From Verrucomicrobiia bacterium (GTDB taxonomy: Bacteria; Verrucomicrobiota; Verrucomicrobiia; Limisphaerales; UBA11358), in NCBI GenBank assembly GCA_036511615.1, contig DATCBW010000116.1:1-53200 (forward strand): a stretch of 53,200 nucleotides of DNA, in the 5' to 3' direction. How positions within the stretch are numbered: the stretch's first letter is position 1; the number at the start of each line of letters is the position of its first letter. The position numbers and the translations under genes are program-made. The notes under the pieces were generated by a model. That model was not told where the DNA came from, did no database searches, and worked only from the letters and a program-made list of their open reading frames with translations. This document shows, piece after piece, positions 24,671 to 33,570 of the stretch.

Positions 24671-25179
24671 GATTTGGGCGCCTTGGTTTCGTCGAACAAA
24701 TCCGCCGGTTGCGCGCCAGGTTTGATTTCCAGAATCCGCAAATCCAGCTTGTAGCCGCCGCGATCAATCACAAAATGGTTCGGGTCCGGCATCGTGACCG
24801 GGCAGTCCAGCTTCGGCGTGCCGCCAAAAACGCACTCCACGTCGGCGGCCACGAGGCGGCGGATGTATCTCGCGGGAAACATCCGGCTGGATTGCATCAC
24901 AAAAACTTTCCCGTCCGGCTTAATCAGCAAATCAGCAATCACCTGGCCGAAATTTTCCGTGATGACAAGCCGTTTGCCGCCGGTTTCGCTCATGGCGAGA
25001 TAGCCGTTGAGCGCGAACTGCATTCCGCGTGCGCTGAACAGGGCGCGCTGCGTGATGAAGGCGTTCGCTGGGAAAAAACCTTTCGGAGGCGGTAAATATT
25101 GCGTTGGCGGCAGCGGCGGGCTGGCACAGCCAGCGAGCAAACAAATCACCAACGATAGGATAAAATAATTACGGCGCAT
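24667..25179 (-). CDS. lipoprotein, DUF3261-like
   Basis: It has a signal peptide with lipobox LLAGC. Its size and its position next to the LolA-like gene match the DUF3261 protein of APE-type clusters. The family call rests on context and recollection. Confidence 0.5.
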   Translation of the reverse strand: MRRNYFILSLVICLLAGCASPPLPPTQYLPPPKGFFPANAFITQRALFSARGMQFALNGYLAMSETGGKRLVITENFGQVIADLLIKPDGKVFVMQSSRMFPARYIRRLVAADVECVFGGTPKLDCPVTMPDPNHFVIDRGGYKLDLRILEIKPGAQPADLFDETKAPKS

Positions 25180-25861
25180 GATTCACGGCGGCCCGCACGG
25201 CGGCAATGGGCAGCGGTTTGGTTTGATCGAACGCGCCGGGCGGAAACGTCACGTTGCGCTTTTCGTTGTGAAAGATGATACGCGTCAGGTCGCCGTTCGG
25301 CTCATTCAGCACGACTTCGCGCGTCGCCGAAAAATCCGGTTCCAGGTGGATTTCAAACGACGACATCATTGAGCGCACGTTTTTGTCCTTCGGGGTCATC
25401 GTCACCACCGTTTCGCTGTTGGTCGCGAGCGACACGGAGAATTCGTTGGTCAGCGTGTCGAGCTGGCCCTGGTTCATCGCCGACATCTGCTGCATCACGC
25501 GCTGCAAAAGCTGGGGAAAACCGAGCTTCAACTTTTCCCACCTGCCGTCGTTGAACTCGAACTGCGCGACGGATTTCTGGTCGCCGAGCAAAATCGTCTG
25601 ATACGGCGCGGTCGTTTCCCAGCGGATTTTGTCGGGCCGTTCAATCAGCATCACGCCTTCGCTTTTCAGTGGCTCGGAAAATAATTTCAGCTCCCGCTCC
25701 TGCGTGAATTCCAGATACACGGTGCCGACCGAGGACATTTTATGCTGCAAAGCGTCCAGAATCGGGCGCGGATCGGCAACGGTTTGCAGCGTCGGTTCCG
25801 CCGAAACAGAAAATGCCGCGAACGCCGACGCGAGCAAAAAAATATGCGTGAGTTTCTTCAT
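25169..25861 (-). CDS. LolA-like outer-membrane lipoprotein carrier family protein
   Basis: It has a signal peptide (MKKLTHIFLLASAFAAFSVSA). Its about 200-aa mature part has the LolA-like pattern ..VYLEFTQEREL..SEGVMLIERPDKIRWE.. Confidence 0.6.
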   Translation of the reverse strand: MKKLTHIFLLASAFAAFSVSAEPTLQTVADPRPILDALQHKMSSVGTVYLEFTQERELKLFSEPLKSEGVMLIERPDKIRWETTAPYQTILLGDQKSVAQFEFNDGRWEKLKLGFPQLLQRVMQQMSAMNQGQLDTLTNEFSVSLATNSETVVTMTPKDKNVRSMMSSFEIHLEPDFSATREVVLNEPNGDLTRIIFHNEKRNVTFPPGAFDQTKPLPIAAVRAAVNHAP

Positions 25862-26610
25862 TTCAACAGTTCGTCCAGTCGCACAATTTCATAACCCAGC
25901 CCGCGCAGCGTGTCCAACAGCGATTTCACCGTCGCCAGCAGTTTTTCCGCCGGAATGTTTCCGTCATGCAGCAAAATAATCGCGCCCGGCTGGAGTCCGC
26001 GCGTGATTCGGGCGACAATTTTTTCCGGCCCGGCAATGACGGTATCCAGACTGCGAATCGTCCAGCCGATGACCTGCAAGTTCAGATTTCGCGCGGCGCG
26101 AAAGGTGCCCGGATTGGACAAGCCGACGGGCGGCCGGAAAAATTTTGGCGTGACGCCGGCAGCCTTTTCAATGACATCCTGCGTTTGCACCAATTCAGCT
26201 TGCAGCCGCGCGGCGGAATAGAAATTTGTAAAATTGCTGTGCGCGTAAGAATGATTTTCGAGCAGATGACCGTCGCGCACGATTTGCGCCGCGAGTTCGG
26301 GATTGGCCGTGACCTTTTTGCCGATGCAAAAAAATGTGGCGGATATTTTTTCTTTACGCAGAAGGTCGAGCAGTTGCAATGTCGAGCGCGGGTCGGGGCC
26401 GTCGTCGAATGTCAGCGCAACCTGCTTTTGGGAACTTGTGCCGCGACAGATAAAATTTCCAAACAGCCGCAGTTGCGGAACCGCCACGCCCAGGCCCATC
26501 ACGATCAACAGCGCCACTATCACCGCGTTTAGCAGGATGAAATTGTGCAGCGCGAGCGCCGCTGCTCCAAAAATCACCGCCAAAATTGCGACGACATGAA
26601 AACGGGTCAT
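25858..26610 (-). CDS. polysaccharide deacetylase (NodB homology domain) with N-terminal TM segments
   Basis: Motifs TFDDGPDP and ..NHSYAH.. are present. The ATG at 26610 overlaps the upstream stop (ATGA). The track start at 26673 would overlap the KS gene by 67 nt. Confidence 0.8.
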   Translation of the reverse strand: MTRFHVVAILAVIFGAAALALHNFILLNAVIVALLIVMGLGVAVPQLRLFGNFICRGTSSQKQVALTFDDGPDPRSTLQLLDLLRKEKISATFFCIGKKVTANPELAAQIVRDGHLLENHSYAHSNFTNFYSAARLQAELVQTQDVIEKAAGVTPKFFRPPVGLSNPGTFRAARNLNLQVIGWTIRSLDTVIAGPEKIVARITRGLQPGAIILLHDGNIPAEKLLATVKSLLDTLRGLGYEIVRLDELLK

Positions 26611-28796
26611 GGCTGGATGCAGCAAACGGCCTTCGCTCCGCGCTGGGACAGCGTGTATAACAGCATGCTGCATTTTTTTTCATGCGCCAGTTTCACCGCG
26701 AGGGAAAAGCCAAACGCCGACGCCGCGTGAAATTCGCCGCAGAGTTGCTTGTAAGTCTGGTGCTCCAGTTTTTTCCCGGCGCGCTCCCACAACGCCGCCG
26801 CGACCGCTTCATACATCGGCTCAAGTTGCCGGAAACCTTTCGCGCCGCTCATGAACACTTCAACTTTCGACAAGTCAACCGCCGATGCAATCCAGTCCGC
26901 TTCGCGCCCGGCGTCGAATGGTTTGCGCCAGCGTCCGAGTTTCACCGCCGTCACGCGCGCGAGCGGAGATGAAATTTTTTCCGCGTTTGTGATACTCGCC
27001 ACAACCGCGCCTTCGCCAGGCATGATCTTATCGTCCCATGCGCCCCAACGCTGGCCGATGCTCAACAGATATTTGTCCACCTCATCTGCGGCACCGACGA
27101 GCGCGCAGTCGGCTTCGCCGTTCGCCAACTGGGAGATGCCCTGCCACAGCGCGCACTCGAACGTGATTTCGCCGACGGTCGGCGCGGAATTCATCCCGCG
27201 CGCAGCCTGGTCAATCGCGACCTGCCCGGCTGGGGAATTGTGAACCGAATTCGGAAAGCGCGACGGCATCGGCTCGCGTTCGTCCTTGGCCACCAAATTT
27301 TCAATGAACGTGCCGGCGTCTTCAAGGCAGCCGAGTCCGGTGCCAATCGCAATGGCGACGCGCTGCGCCGGATCGGGTGCGTGGCTCTGGCGCGCGGTGA
27401 TGAGCGCCATCTGCTGCAAACGGCTCAAGCGGCGGCGCTGGTTGGGATTCAACGTCGTCGTGTCCAACGCGCCGCAACTGAACACGGGTCCCCGGCCGGG
27501 CGGCAACGGCGCGGTGATTTCCTTGATGACAACCGCGCCCGGCCCGATGACGCCGATGCCGCCGACGGCAATTTTTATTTTTTCCGGCACAACCGCCCGT
27601 GGCAAAGTTTCCGGCGTGGAAAAAATCAAAACGCCGTTGTTGCCGCCGAAGCCGAACGAATTGCTCATCACATGAGTCAGCGGCGCGTGACGCAGTTCCA
27701 CGACTGGTTCGAGGCCGATGGCCGGATCGCATTTGGTGAAGCCGGGATTCGGCGGCAGTTCCTGACGGCGCAGCGCCTCGATGCACACAACGGCCTCCAT
27801 CGCGCCGCTCGCGGCCAGCGCGTGGCCGAAAATCCGTTTCGTGCTGGAGAATGGCGGCACGCGGTTGTGAAAAACCGTCTTCAACGCGATGGTTTCCGCG
27901 ATGTCATTGTCGCGCGTGCCGGTGCCGTGGGCGTTGACGTAATCAATGGCGGACGGTTCGAGTCCCGCGCGACGCAATGCGGATTGCATCGCCATGGTCG
28001 CGCCCGCGCCCTGCGGATGCGGCGCGGTGGCGTGATACGCGTCGCAGCTCATGCCCCAGCCGCTCAACCGCGCGAGAATTTTAGCGCCGCGCCGCCGTGC
28101 ATTTTCTTCGGATTCCAAAACCAGAATCGCCGCGCCTTCGCCGAGGCTCATGCCGCCGCGCGTCGCATCGAACGGCCGGCAGCCCGCCGAATCCACGAGC
28201 AGCAGCGAATGAAAGCCGCCCCACGTCATCCGCGAAAGCGAGTCCGCGCCGCCCGCGAGCATCACGTCCGCCTCGCAGGACAAAATCATTTCCGCCGCCT
28301 GCGCAATGGCGAGCGCGCTGGACGAACACGCTGTCGCAATGGCCATGCCCGGTCCGTAAAGACCAAAGGAATCGGCAATGAAATCCACCGTGGTCGAACA
28401 TTCGTGAAAGCGCGTCGGCCGGGCGCGCATTTTTCCGCGCTTGATGAGCGTGGCGAGAAAAAGTTCGCTGTCATACGAACCGCCAACCGACGTGCCGAGC
28501 AGGATCCCGGCGCGGTCGCCGCTATTTTGAAAATTGATTTTGGCGTCGGCGATGGCCTCGCGCGCGGCGAGCCAGCCGAGTTTGTCGCTGCGGGAGCTGC
28601 GCGTCGGCACGCCAAGCGCAATCAGGTCGCGCTGGATTTCGCCAACGGGAATTTTTCCATAACGCGGCGATTGAAACAGCGTCAGCGGTTTCAGGCCGCT
28701 CGCGCCGGCGGCCAACATGCTCCACACTTCCTCCGTGCCGAAACCGGCGGCGGACACGATGCCCAAACCGGTGATGACTGGAGAGCGCGCGGCCAC
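26607..28796 (-). CDS. beta-ketoacyl-ACP synthase fused to a second KS-like (chain-length-factor-like) domain
   Basis: The N-terminal half has the Cys-His-His set (ATACSSS, NAHGTGT, GHALAASG). In the C-terminal about 300 aa, which is KS-fold-like (..GTGLGCLEDAGTF.., ..VGAADE..), I could not find the catalytic Cys. Confidence 0.8.
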   Translation of the reverse strand: MAARSPVITGLGIVSAAGFGTEEVWSMLAAGASGLKPLTLFQSPRYGKIPVGEIQRDLIALGVPTRSSRSDKLGWLAAREAIADAKINFQNSGDRAGILLGTSVGGSYDSELFLATLIKRGKMRARPTRFHECSTTVDFIADSFGLYGPGMAIATACSSSALAIAQAAEMILSCEADVMLAGGADSLSRMTWGGFHSLLLVDSAGCRPFDATRGGMSLGEGAAILVLESEENARRRGAKILARLSGWGMSCDAYHATAPHPQGAGATMAMQSALRRAGLEPSAIDYVNAHGTGTRDNDIAETIALKTVFHNRVPPFSSTKRIFGHALAASGAMEAVVCIEALRRQELPPNPGFTKCDPAIGLEPVVELRHAPLTHVMSNSFGFGGNNGVLIFSTPETLPRAVVPEKIKIAVGGIGVIGPGAVVIKEITAPLPPGRGPVFSCGALDTTTLNPNQRRRLSRLQQMALITARQSHAPDPAQRVAIAIGTGLGCLEDAGTFIENLVAKDEREPMPSRFPNSVHNSPAGQVAIDQAARGMNSAPTVGEITFECALWQGISQLANGEADCALVGAADEVDKYLLSIGQRWGAWDDKIMPGEGAVVASITNAEKISSPLARVTAVKLGRWRKPFDAGREADWIASAVDLSKVEVFMSGAKGFRQLEPMYEAVAAALWERAGKKLEHQTYKQLCGEFHAASAFGFSLAVKLAHEKKCSMLLYTLSQRGAKAVCCIQP

Positions 28797-28799
28797 GAT

Positions 28800-29057
28800 T
28801 TATTGCGGACGTTTGGCCGCGATGAAGTCGGCCAGGGTTCTGACGGAGCGGAATGCCGGGCGGCCTTCCTCAATGTCCTTGATCACGATGCCGTAGTCTT
28901 TTTCGAGCAGCACGACGAGTTCGAGCGCGTCAATGGAATCGAGTCCCAGCCCGGTGCCGAACAGCGGCGCGTCGTCGTCAATCTGCTCCGGCGTGATGTC
29001 CTGCAGCTTGAGCGACTCGATGATTTTTGATTTTAGTTCGTGTGTTGAGATTTGCAT
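28800..29057 (-). CDS. acyl carrier protein
   Basis: It has the motif LGLDSIDALELV. I prefer the ATG at 29057 (MQISTHEL..), since the track start at 29099 would overlap the upstream gene. Confidence 0.8.
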   Translation of the reverse strand: MQISTHELKSKIIESLKLQDITPEQIDDDAPLFGTGLGLDSIDALELVVLLEKDYGIVIKDIEEGRPAFRSVRTLADFIAAKRPQ

Positions 29058-29062
29058 GGTGA

Positions 29063-29647
29063 TCAACCCGCTGATTTTGTTTGGGAAATTAACGCACAAA
29101 GCGCTTTCATGTCACGGTCAAATTCCCGCCATTCGCGCAACCCGTCAGCGCGATTCAAAAAAATCGCGCACGCCGTCGCCGACTGCGGCGATGAAATTAT
29201 TTCCGCGCAACCAACGGTGACAGCCTCGCAATAAACGCAAACGCAGCCGTCCGCGTCGCCGCGCCGGATGAAATCGGCAGCCTCGGCCAGCAAATTTTTA
29301 TCGTCGCCGACGAAACATAAATCCGGGCCGGTGAGACGAAAGTGAATTGCAATCTCACCGATCGCCGCGCTTGGCAGCGTGTAGGCAAACAGCGTCGGAC
29401 TCGGTCCGCCGACGCCGTTGCGGCCATTCCAAAAATTCACGTCGGTCGAAAGTGAACCCGCGCTGGCCGTGAGACAAATGCCGATGCGGTCACGCGCGAA
29501 TTCGTCGAAATTGATTTTCAGCGATGCGACGGCGAGCAGTGCCAACTGGCTTTGCAAATCCAGACGGCCAAAACGCTGGCCAAGTCGCGCCGATGCCAAA
29601 TCAGCCTCGGTCACAATACTTGCGGCGGCGATGGAAATTTTATTCAT
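29063..29647 (-). CDS. short KS N-terminal-like protein (chain-length-factor / ApeC-like KS partner)
   Basis: 194 aa resembling only the N-terminal half of a ketosynthase, with no active-site Cys motif (..ICLTASAGSLSTD.., ..AYTLPSAAIGEIAIHFRLTGP..). It overlaps the upstream KS gene by 8 nt. Confidence 0.55.
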   Translation of the reverse strand: MNKISIAAASIVTEADLASARLGQRFGRLDLQSQLALLAVASLKINFDEFARDRIGICLTASAGSLSTDVNFWNGRNGVGGPSPTLFAYTLPSAAIGEIAIHFRLTGPDLCFVGDDKNLLAEAADFIRRGDADGCVCVYCEAVTVGCAEIISSPQSATACAIFLNRADGLREWREFDRDMKALCALISQTKSAG

Positions 29648-30791
29648 GGCTTAAAATCAGCGCGCCGTTCATGCCGCCGAAACCAGTGTTGAGTTTCAAA
29701 GCATTTTTCAACCGCGCGGCGGGACGCGGCTCGCGCACAAGACTTGCCGGCGTTTCATCCGCCGCGCTGGTCAATCGCGGCGTGCCGGGCAGAAAATTTT
29801 CCTGCATCGCCAAAACGCAGCAAATCGTTTCAATCACGCCCGCCGCGCCGAGTGTGTGCCCCAACATTCCTTTCGCGCCGCTGACCGGCGGACATGTTTC
29901 GCCGAAAATGGTTTTCAACGCGAGTGCTTCCATCGCGTCGTTGTAGCTCGTGCCGGTGCCGTGCGCGTGGACAAAATCAATTTCACCCGGTGACAATTTT
30001 GCCGAGTTCAGCGCGGCGCGGATCGCCTGCGCCAGACCGGAGCCGTCGCGCGACGGGCCGGTGAGATGATTCGCGTCGTTGCTGCCGCCGAAACCGAGAA
30101 TTTTAATTTTGCTTTCCGGCGCAAAATCCTGACGGGCCAAAACGATGGCCGCACCCGCCTCGCCGGGACTCAAGCCGCAGCGCGCCGCATCGAACGGACG
30201 GCAGCCGAGCGGGTCAAGCGCCTTCAATGCGGTGAAACCGGCGACGACAAAGTCGGACAAACAATCCAGACCGACGACGAGAACGGCGTCCGCTTCGCCG
30301 CGCTGAATCAATTTTGTTCCCTGCTGAATCGCAATCAAACCGGAGACGCACGCGACGGAAACGGTTTGCACCGGGCCGCGTGCGCCGTGCGCAGCGGCAA
30401 GGTCGTCGGCGAGAAGGTTTGCCTGCAAGTGACGCCGCGCGGTTTCGGAGCAGGGACGGTTTTTTGAAATTCGCTCGAGCGCCTCGATGTTGGCCTTGGT
30501 GGTTGAAAGGACCAGGCCAGTCCGTTCGGCGGGGATTTGTTCCAAAAAATTTTGCGCGGAATCGCGGGCTTGCTTGAGCGCCTCGGTGGCTAAAAACCAA
30601 GCCGGATTGTCGGCGTCAAAATTTCTGGGCGCGGCACCGGCGATGTTCGATTGGAAGCGTGACGAACTGAATTTTTCCAATGGTCGCAGGCCGCTCGAAT
30701 TTTTTTGCAGGGCATCGAGCAGCGGTTCAATGCCGCAGCCGACGGCGGAAATCGCGCCGCAGCCGGCGATGACGACTTCCGTTTCACGCAT
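29640..30791 (-). CDS. beta-ketoacyl-ACP synthase (FabB/FabF-like)
   Basis: The catalytic motifs are VACVSG (Cys), HAHGTGT and GHTLGAAG. Confidence 0.85.
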   Translation of the reverse strand: MRETEVVIAGCGAISAVGCGIEPLLDALQKNSSGLRPLEKFSSSRFQSNIAGAAPRNFDADNPAWFLATEALKQARDSAQNFLEQIPAERTGLVLSTTKANIEALERISKNRPCSETARRHLQANLLADDLAAAHGARGPVQTVSVACVSGLIAIQQGTKLIQRGEADAVLVVGLDCLSDFVVAGFTALKALDPLGCRPFDAARCGLSPGEAGAAIVLARQDFAPESKIKILGFGGSNDANHLTGPSRDGSGLAQAIRAALNSAKLSPGEIDFVHAHGTGTSYNDAMEALALKTIFGETCPPVSGAKGMLGHTLGAAGVIETICCVLAMQENFLPGTPRLTSAADETPASLVREPRPAARLKNALKLNTGFGGMNGALILSHE

Positions 30792-31206
30792 ACAACGACA
30801 GTTCTCCTGACGCGACGGCTTGTCCGTCGCAAGAAATGGTTGCGCTGACCATCAGCATCGGGCCGAGACGTCTCGTCTCGCGGATTTCGATTTGCAGATT
30901 CTTTCCGGCGGCCGGACGCGACCGGATTTTGAAATTAGACGCCGCCACCAACATTCCGTTCGCGCCCGCGCCGCCGGTTTTTCCCGCGCCGGATTTCGCG
31001 CGCTGGCCGAGCGCGGCAGCGACGGTCTGCGCGACACATTCGACAAGCGCCGATTCCAGAACTTTTCCGTCGCTCACGGCAAAATCATTTTCGCCGAAGC
31101 AGGCCGTCGCCGTCGCGGTTTTCTCGTCACAACGCATCAGCGCGTTGACGAAACGCATGGGCGCGCGGTGCGGAATCAAATTCTTAATGTCGGCAGGCGG
31201 GGTCAC
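30784..31206 (-). CDS. hotdog-fold dehydratase/thioesterase (ApeI-like)
   Basis: 140 aa with the N-terminal motif IPHRAPMRFV, typical of FabA/FabZ-like or thioesterase-like hotdog proteins in these clusters. Confidence 0.6.
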   Translation of the reverse strand: MTPPADIKNLIPHRAPMRFVNALMRCDEKTATATACFGENDFAVSDGKVLESALVECVAQTVAAALGQRAKSGAGKTGGAGANGMLVAASNFKIRSRPAAGKNLQIEIRETRRLGPMLMVSATISCDGQAVASGELSLYA

Positions 31207-32195
31207 AATTTGTTCGGCGACGGACGCGCGGCCAGCGGCGTGGTTGATTGAGTTTTGCGGACTTCGCGTTGTGCAGCCGTGCCGGCGTTTTCCCAGAACG
31301 GGAAAAAATTATACCACTGGAACGGGTCGCGCCGGAGGACGGATTCGAGATCGCCGGCGAAATGGGCGGCGCATTTTTTCAGATAGGCGTCGCGTTCGTG
31401 GTGCGCGGGCATCTGCGGATGCTGCGGCGGAAAACCGAAGAAGCGGTAGCATCCGCCCGGTTCGCGGTGGCTGAAGACGTGCATCAGCGCCGCGCCCGCG
31501 ATGGACGCCATCACATAGGCGCCGATGGGAAACGACGCCACGCCGCCACAGAAAGGAATTTTCGCCGACGGACTGCCATAGGCGCGGTCGCCGAGCATGG
31601 CGACGACTTCGCCCCGGCGCAACGCGGCGACGAGCGGAATGGCGTCGGTCGGCGAGCCGGTGAGCGGGAGCAGGCGGAAGTTTTGCTTGGAAGCGCGGTT
31701 GAGCACGTCGCGGATTTTGGGCCGCTCGCGGTCGAAGCCGGTGATGGTGATCGGCACGTCAATCCGGGTGAGCAACTGGCCGGCGGCCTCCCAGTTGCCG
31801 AGGTGCGCGGTGAGCAGCAGCACGCCGCGCTTTTCGGCAAGGGCCGCGCGCAGATTTTTTTCGCCGTCAAACTGAAAGGTGAAATTCCGCCGGTTGCCGG
31901 CGAGGATGACTGTGCGGTCAATGATGGCGCAGCCAAAGGAATAAAAATGCTTGAACACGAACCAGCGGCGTTTCCACCACGACAGCGGGCCAAAAACGCG
32001 GCGGTGAAAATCCATCGTGGCCGGCACGTCGGGCGAGGCGAAGGAAAAATAAACCGCCGGAAAAACCGCCAGCGCATAAGCCGCGCGCAATCCCAGCACG
32101 CGGATGGCCATGATGAAAAACCAGATGCCCCAGCGCCCGCCGCGTAATTGGCCGGTGCCGGACCAGTGTTTTGTCTCGGAGTCGTGCGTATTCAC
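31203..32195 (-). CDS. lysophospholipid / lipid A biosynthesis (LpxL-HtrB-type) acyltransferase family protein
   Basis: 330 aa with an N-terminal TM segment. The central ..LLLTAHLGNWE.. matches the HxGNWE-type motif of the Lip_A_acyltrans family. It is the first gene of the minus-strand operon. Confidence 0.65.
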   Translation of the reverse strand: MNTHDSETKHWSGTGQLRGGRWGIWFFIMAIRVLGLRAAYALAVFPAVYFSFASPDVPATMDFHRRVFGPLSWWKRRWFVFKHFYSFGCAIIDRTVILAGNRRNFTFQFDGEKNLRAALAEKRGVLLLTAHLGNWEAAGQLLTRIDVPITITGFDRERPKIRDVLNRASKQNFRLLPLTGSPTDAIPLVAALRRGEVVAMLGDRAYGSPSAKIPFCGGVASFPIGAYVMASIAGAALMHVFSHREPGGCYRFFGFPPQHPQMPAHHERDAYLKKCAAHFAGDLESVLRRDPFQWYNFFPFWENAGTAAQREVRKTQSTTPLAARPSPNKL

Positions 32196-32295
32196 TTCAG
32201 ATGTGATCCGATTGATAATTGTCTGTTCCTATTCAACATCATTTCCGGCAGGATTTCCAGAAGACAGATTGGCTGGCGAAAAAATTTATCATTCG

Positions 32296-33570
32296 TCAGT
32301 GCGGCGAGGGGGACACAGGTTGGCCGGCAGAAACCGCCGCCGCTGAATTGGTTTCCCGGGCGGAAGCCAGCCGCAGCAGCAGGTTTTGCCCCACCTTGTC
32401 TTTCCAGTTGAAATTGGAACTGAGCACGACCACGGCGATTTTTTTATCAGTGTCCATGCCGAGGTAGGCGCTGTAGCCGGAAAGAATGCCGTTCATGAAC
32501 GTGATACGCGTTCCCCAGTCCGGGTAACGGTCAATCATCCAGCCCAGCGTGATGTCCTCGTCGGGAGTGTGAATGGCGACGTGCTGCGTTTCGGCCCAGA
32601 CCGGATCGAACGAGCTGCCGGACATTCCCAGATTGGACTTGGCGAACGTCATCAGGTCGTGGACGGTGGAATACATTCCGCCGGACGCGCGCATGATGTC
32701 GCCCATGTCCCAGTCGGGCATCGGGCGGTTGCGCGGAAAAAAGCGCGGTTCATCGCCGGCGTGACCCTGTTCCAGCCGTTTGCGCTGCTCCGGCGTGAGG
32801 GTGAACACTGTGTCGCGCATATTCAGCGGGCCGCAAATTTTTTCCTGGATCAGGTCGGGCAGCGAACGCCCGGTTTTGACTTCAATCAAATTTGCCAGCA
32901 GGCCGTAACCGAGATTGGAATAGCAATAAACGCGTTCGGCCTTGGGCTGGAGCCGTTTGGTGCCGATGTATTTGTAAAGATAGTCCCGGGTGATGAAGTC
33001 GTAGGGATTGCGGCCCGCGAACACGAAATCCACGACGTGCTTCAATTGCCGGAGATTGTGCGGCTCGCGCGGCAGACCCGACATATGCGTGGCCAGTTCG
33101 CGCAACGTCACCGCGCCAACGTCAGGGCTGACCTTCACGCTCGGCGGCAAAATGCTCCGCACCATGTCGTCATAGTGCAACTGTCCTTCTTGAACGAGAA
33201 TGACCAGCAGGCTGGCGACAAAAACTTTCGTGACGGAACCGATCTGAAAAATGGTGTCCGGCCCCGGCGGCGTGGCCACGCTGTAACCGTAGCAATGCAC
33301 CGCGCCGTCCGGCGTCAGCACGCCGACCGCCAGATCGTGGTCCTCACGGGAGGCGATCAATGGTCGGGCCAAGCGGTCCACTTCATCCTTCATGTTCTCA
33401 CCGCTGCGCAACCGGGCGGCGGCGGCGGTGGGATCAAGCACCTGGCGCGAAGTGTAACCGTTGCAGCCGGTCTGCAACATGGCCGTTCCCAGCAGGCAGG
33501 CGGCGGCGAGCGGAAACGACAAATTCAAATTTTTCATCCGATCCTTGAAAAATGTGGTGGCCGTGATCAT
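32296..33570 (-). CDS. serine hydrolase, beta-lactamase (class C / PBP4*-like) family
   Basis: It has the SxxK motif FQIGSVTKVF and a YSN motif (CYSNLGYG). A secretion signal is likely, and an alternative start at 33537 gives MKNLNLSF...LQTGC. Confidence 0.8.
   Translation of the reverse strand: MITATTFFKDRMKNLNLSFPLAAACLLGTAMLQTGCNGYTSRQVLDPTAAAARLRSGENMKDEVDRLARPLIASREDHDLAVGVLTPDGAVHCYGYSVATPPGPDTIFQIGSVTKVFVASLLVILVQEGQLHYDDMVRSILPPSVKVSPDVGAVTLRELATHMSGLPREPHNLRQLKHVVDFVFAGRNPYDFITRDYLYKYIGTKRLQPKAERVYCYSNLGYGLLANLIEVKTGRSLPDLIQEKICGPLNMRDTVFTLTPEQRKRLEQGHAGDEPRFFPRNRPMPDWDMGDIMRASGGMYSTVHDLMTFAKSNLGMSGSSFDPVWAETQHVAIHTPDEDITLGWMIDRYPDWGTRITFMNGILSGYSAYLGMDTDKKIAVVVLSSNFNWKDKVGQNLLLRLASARETNSAAAVSAGQPVSPSPH

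Noticed and set aside
27240-29030. 596-aa plus-strand ORF across the KS-CLF and ACP genes
   Set aside because: It is an antisense shadow ORF. The minus frame has the KS catalytic motifs and the ACP DSID motif.
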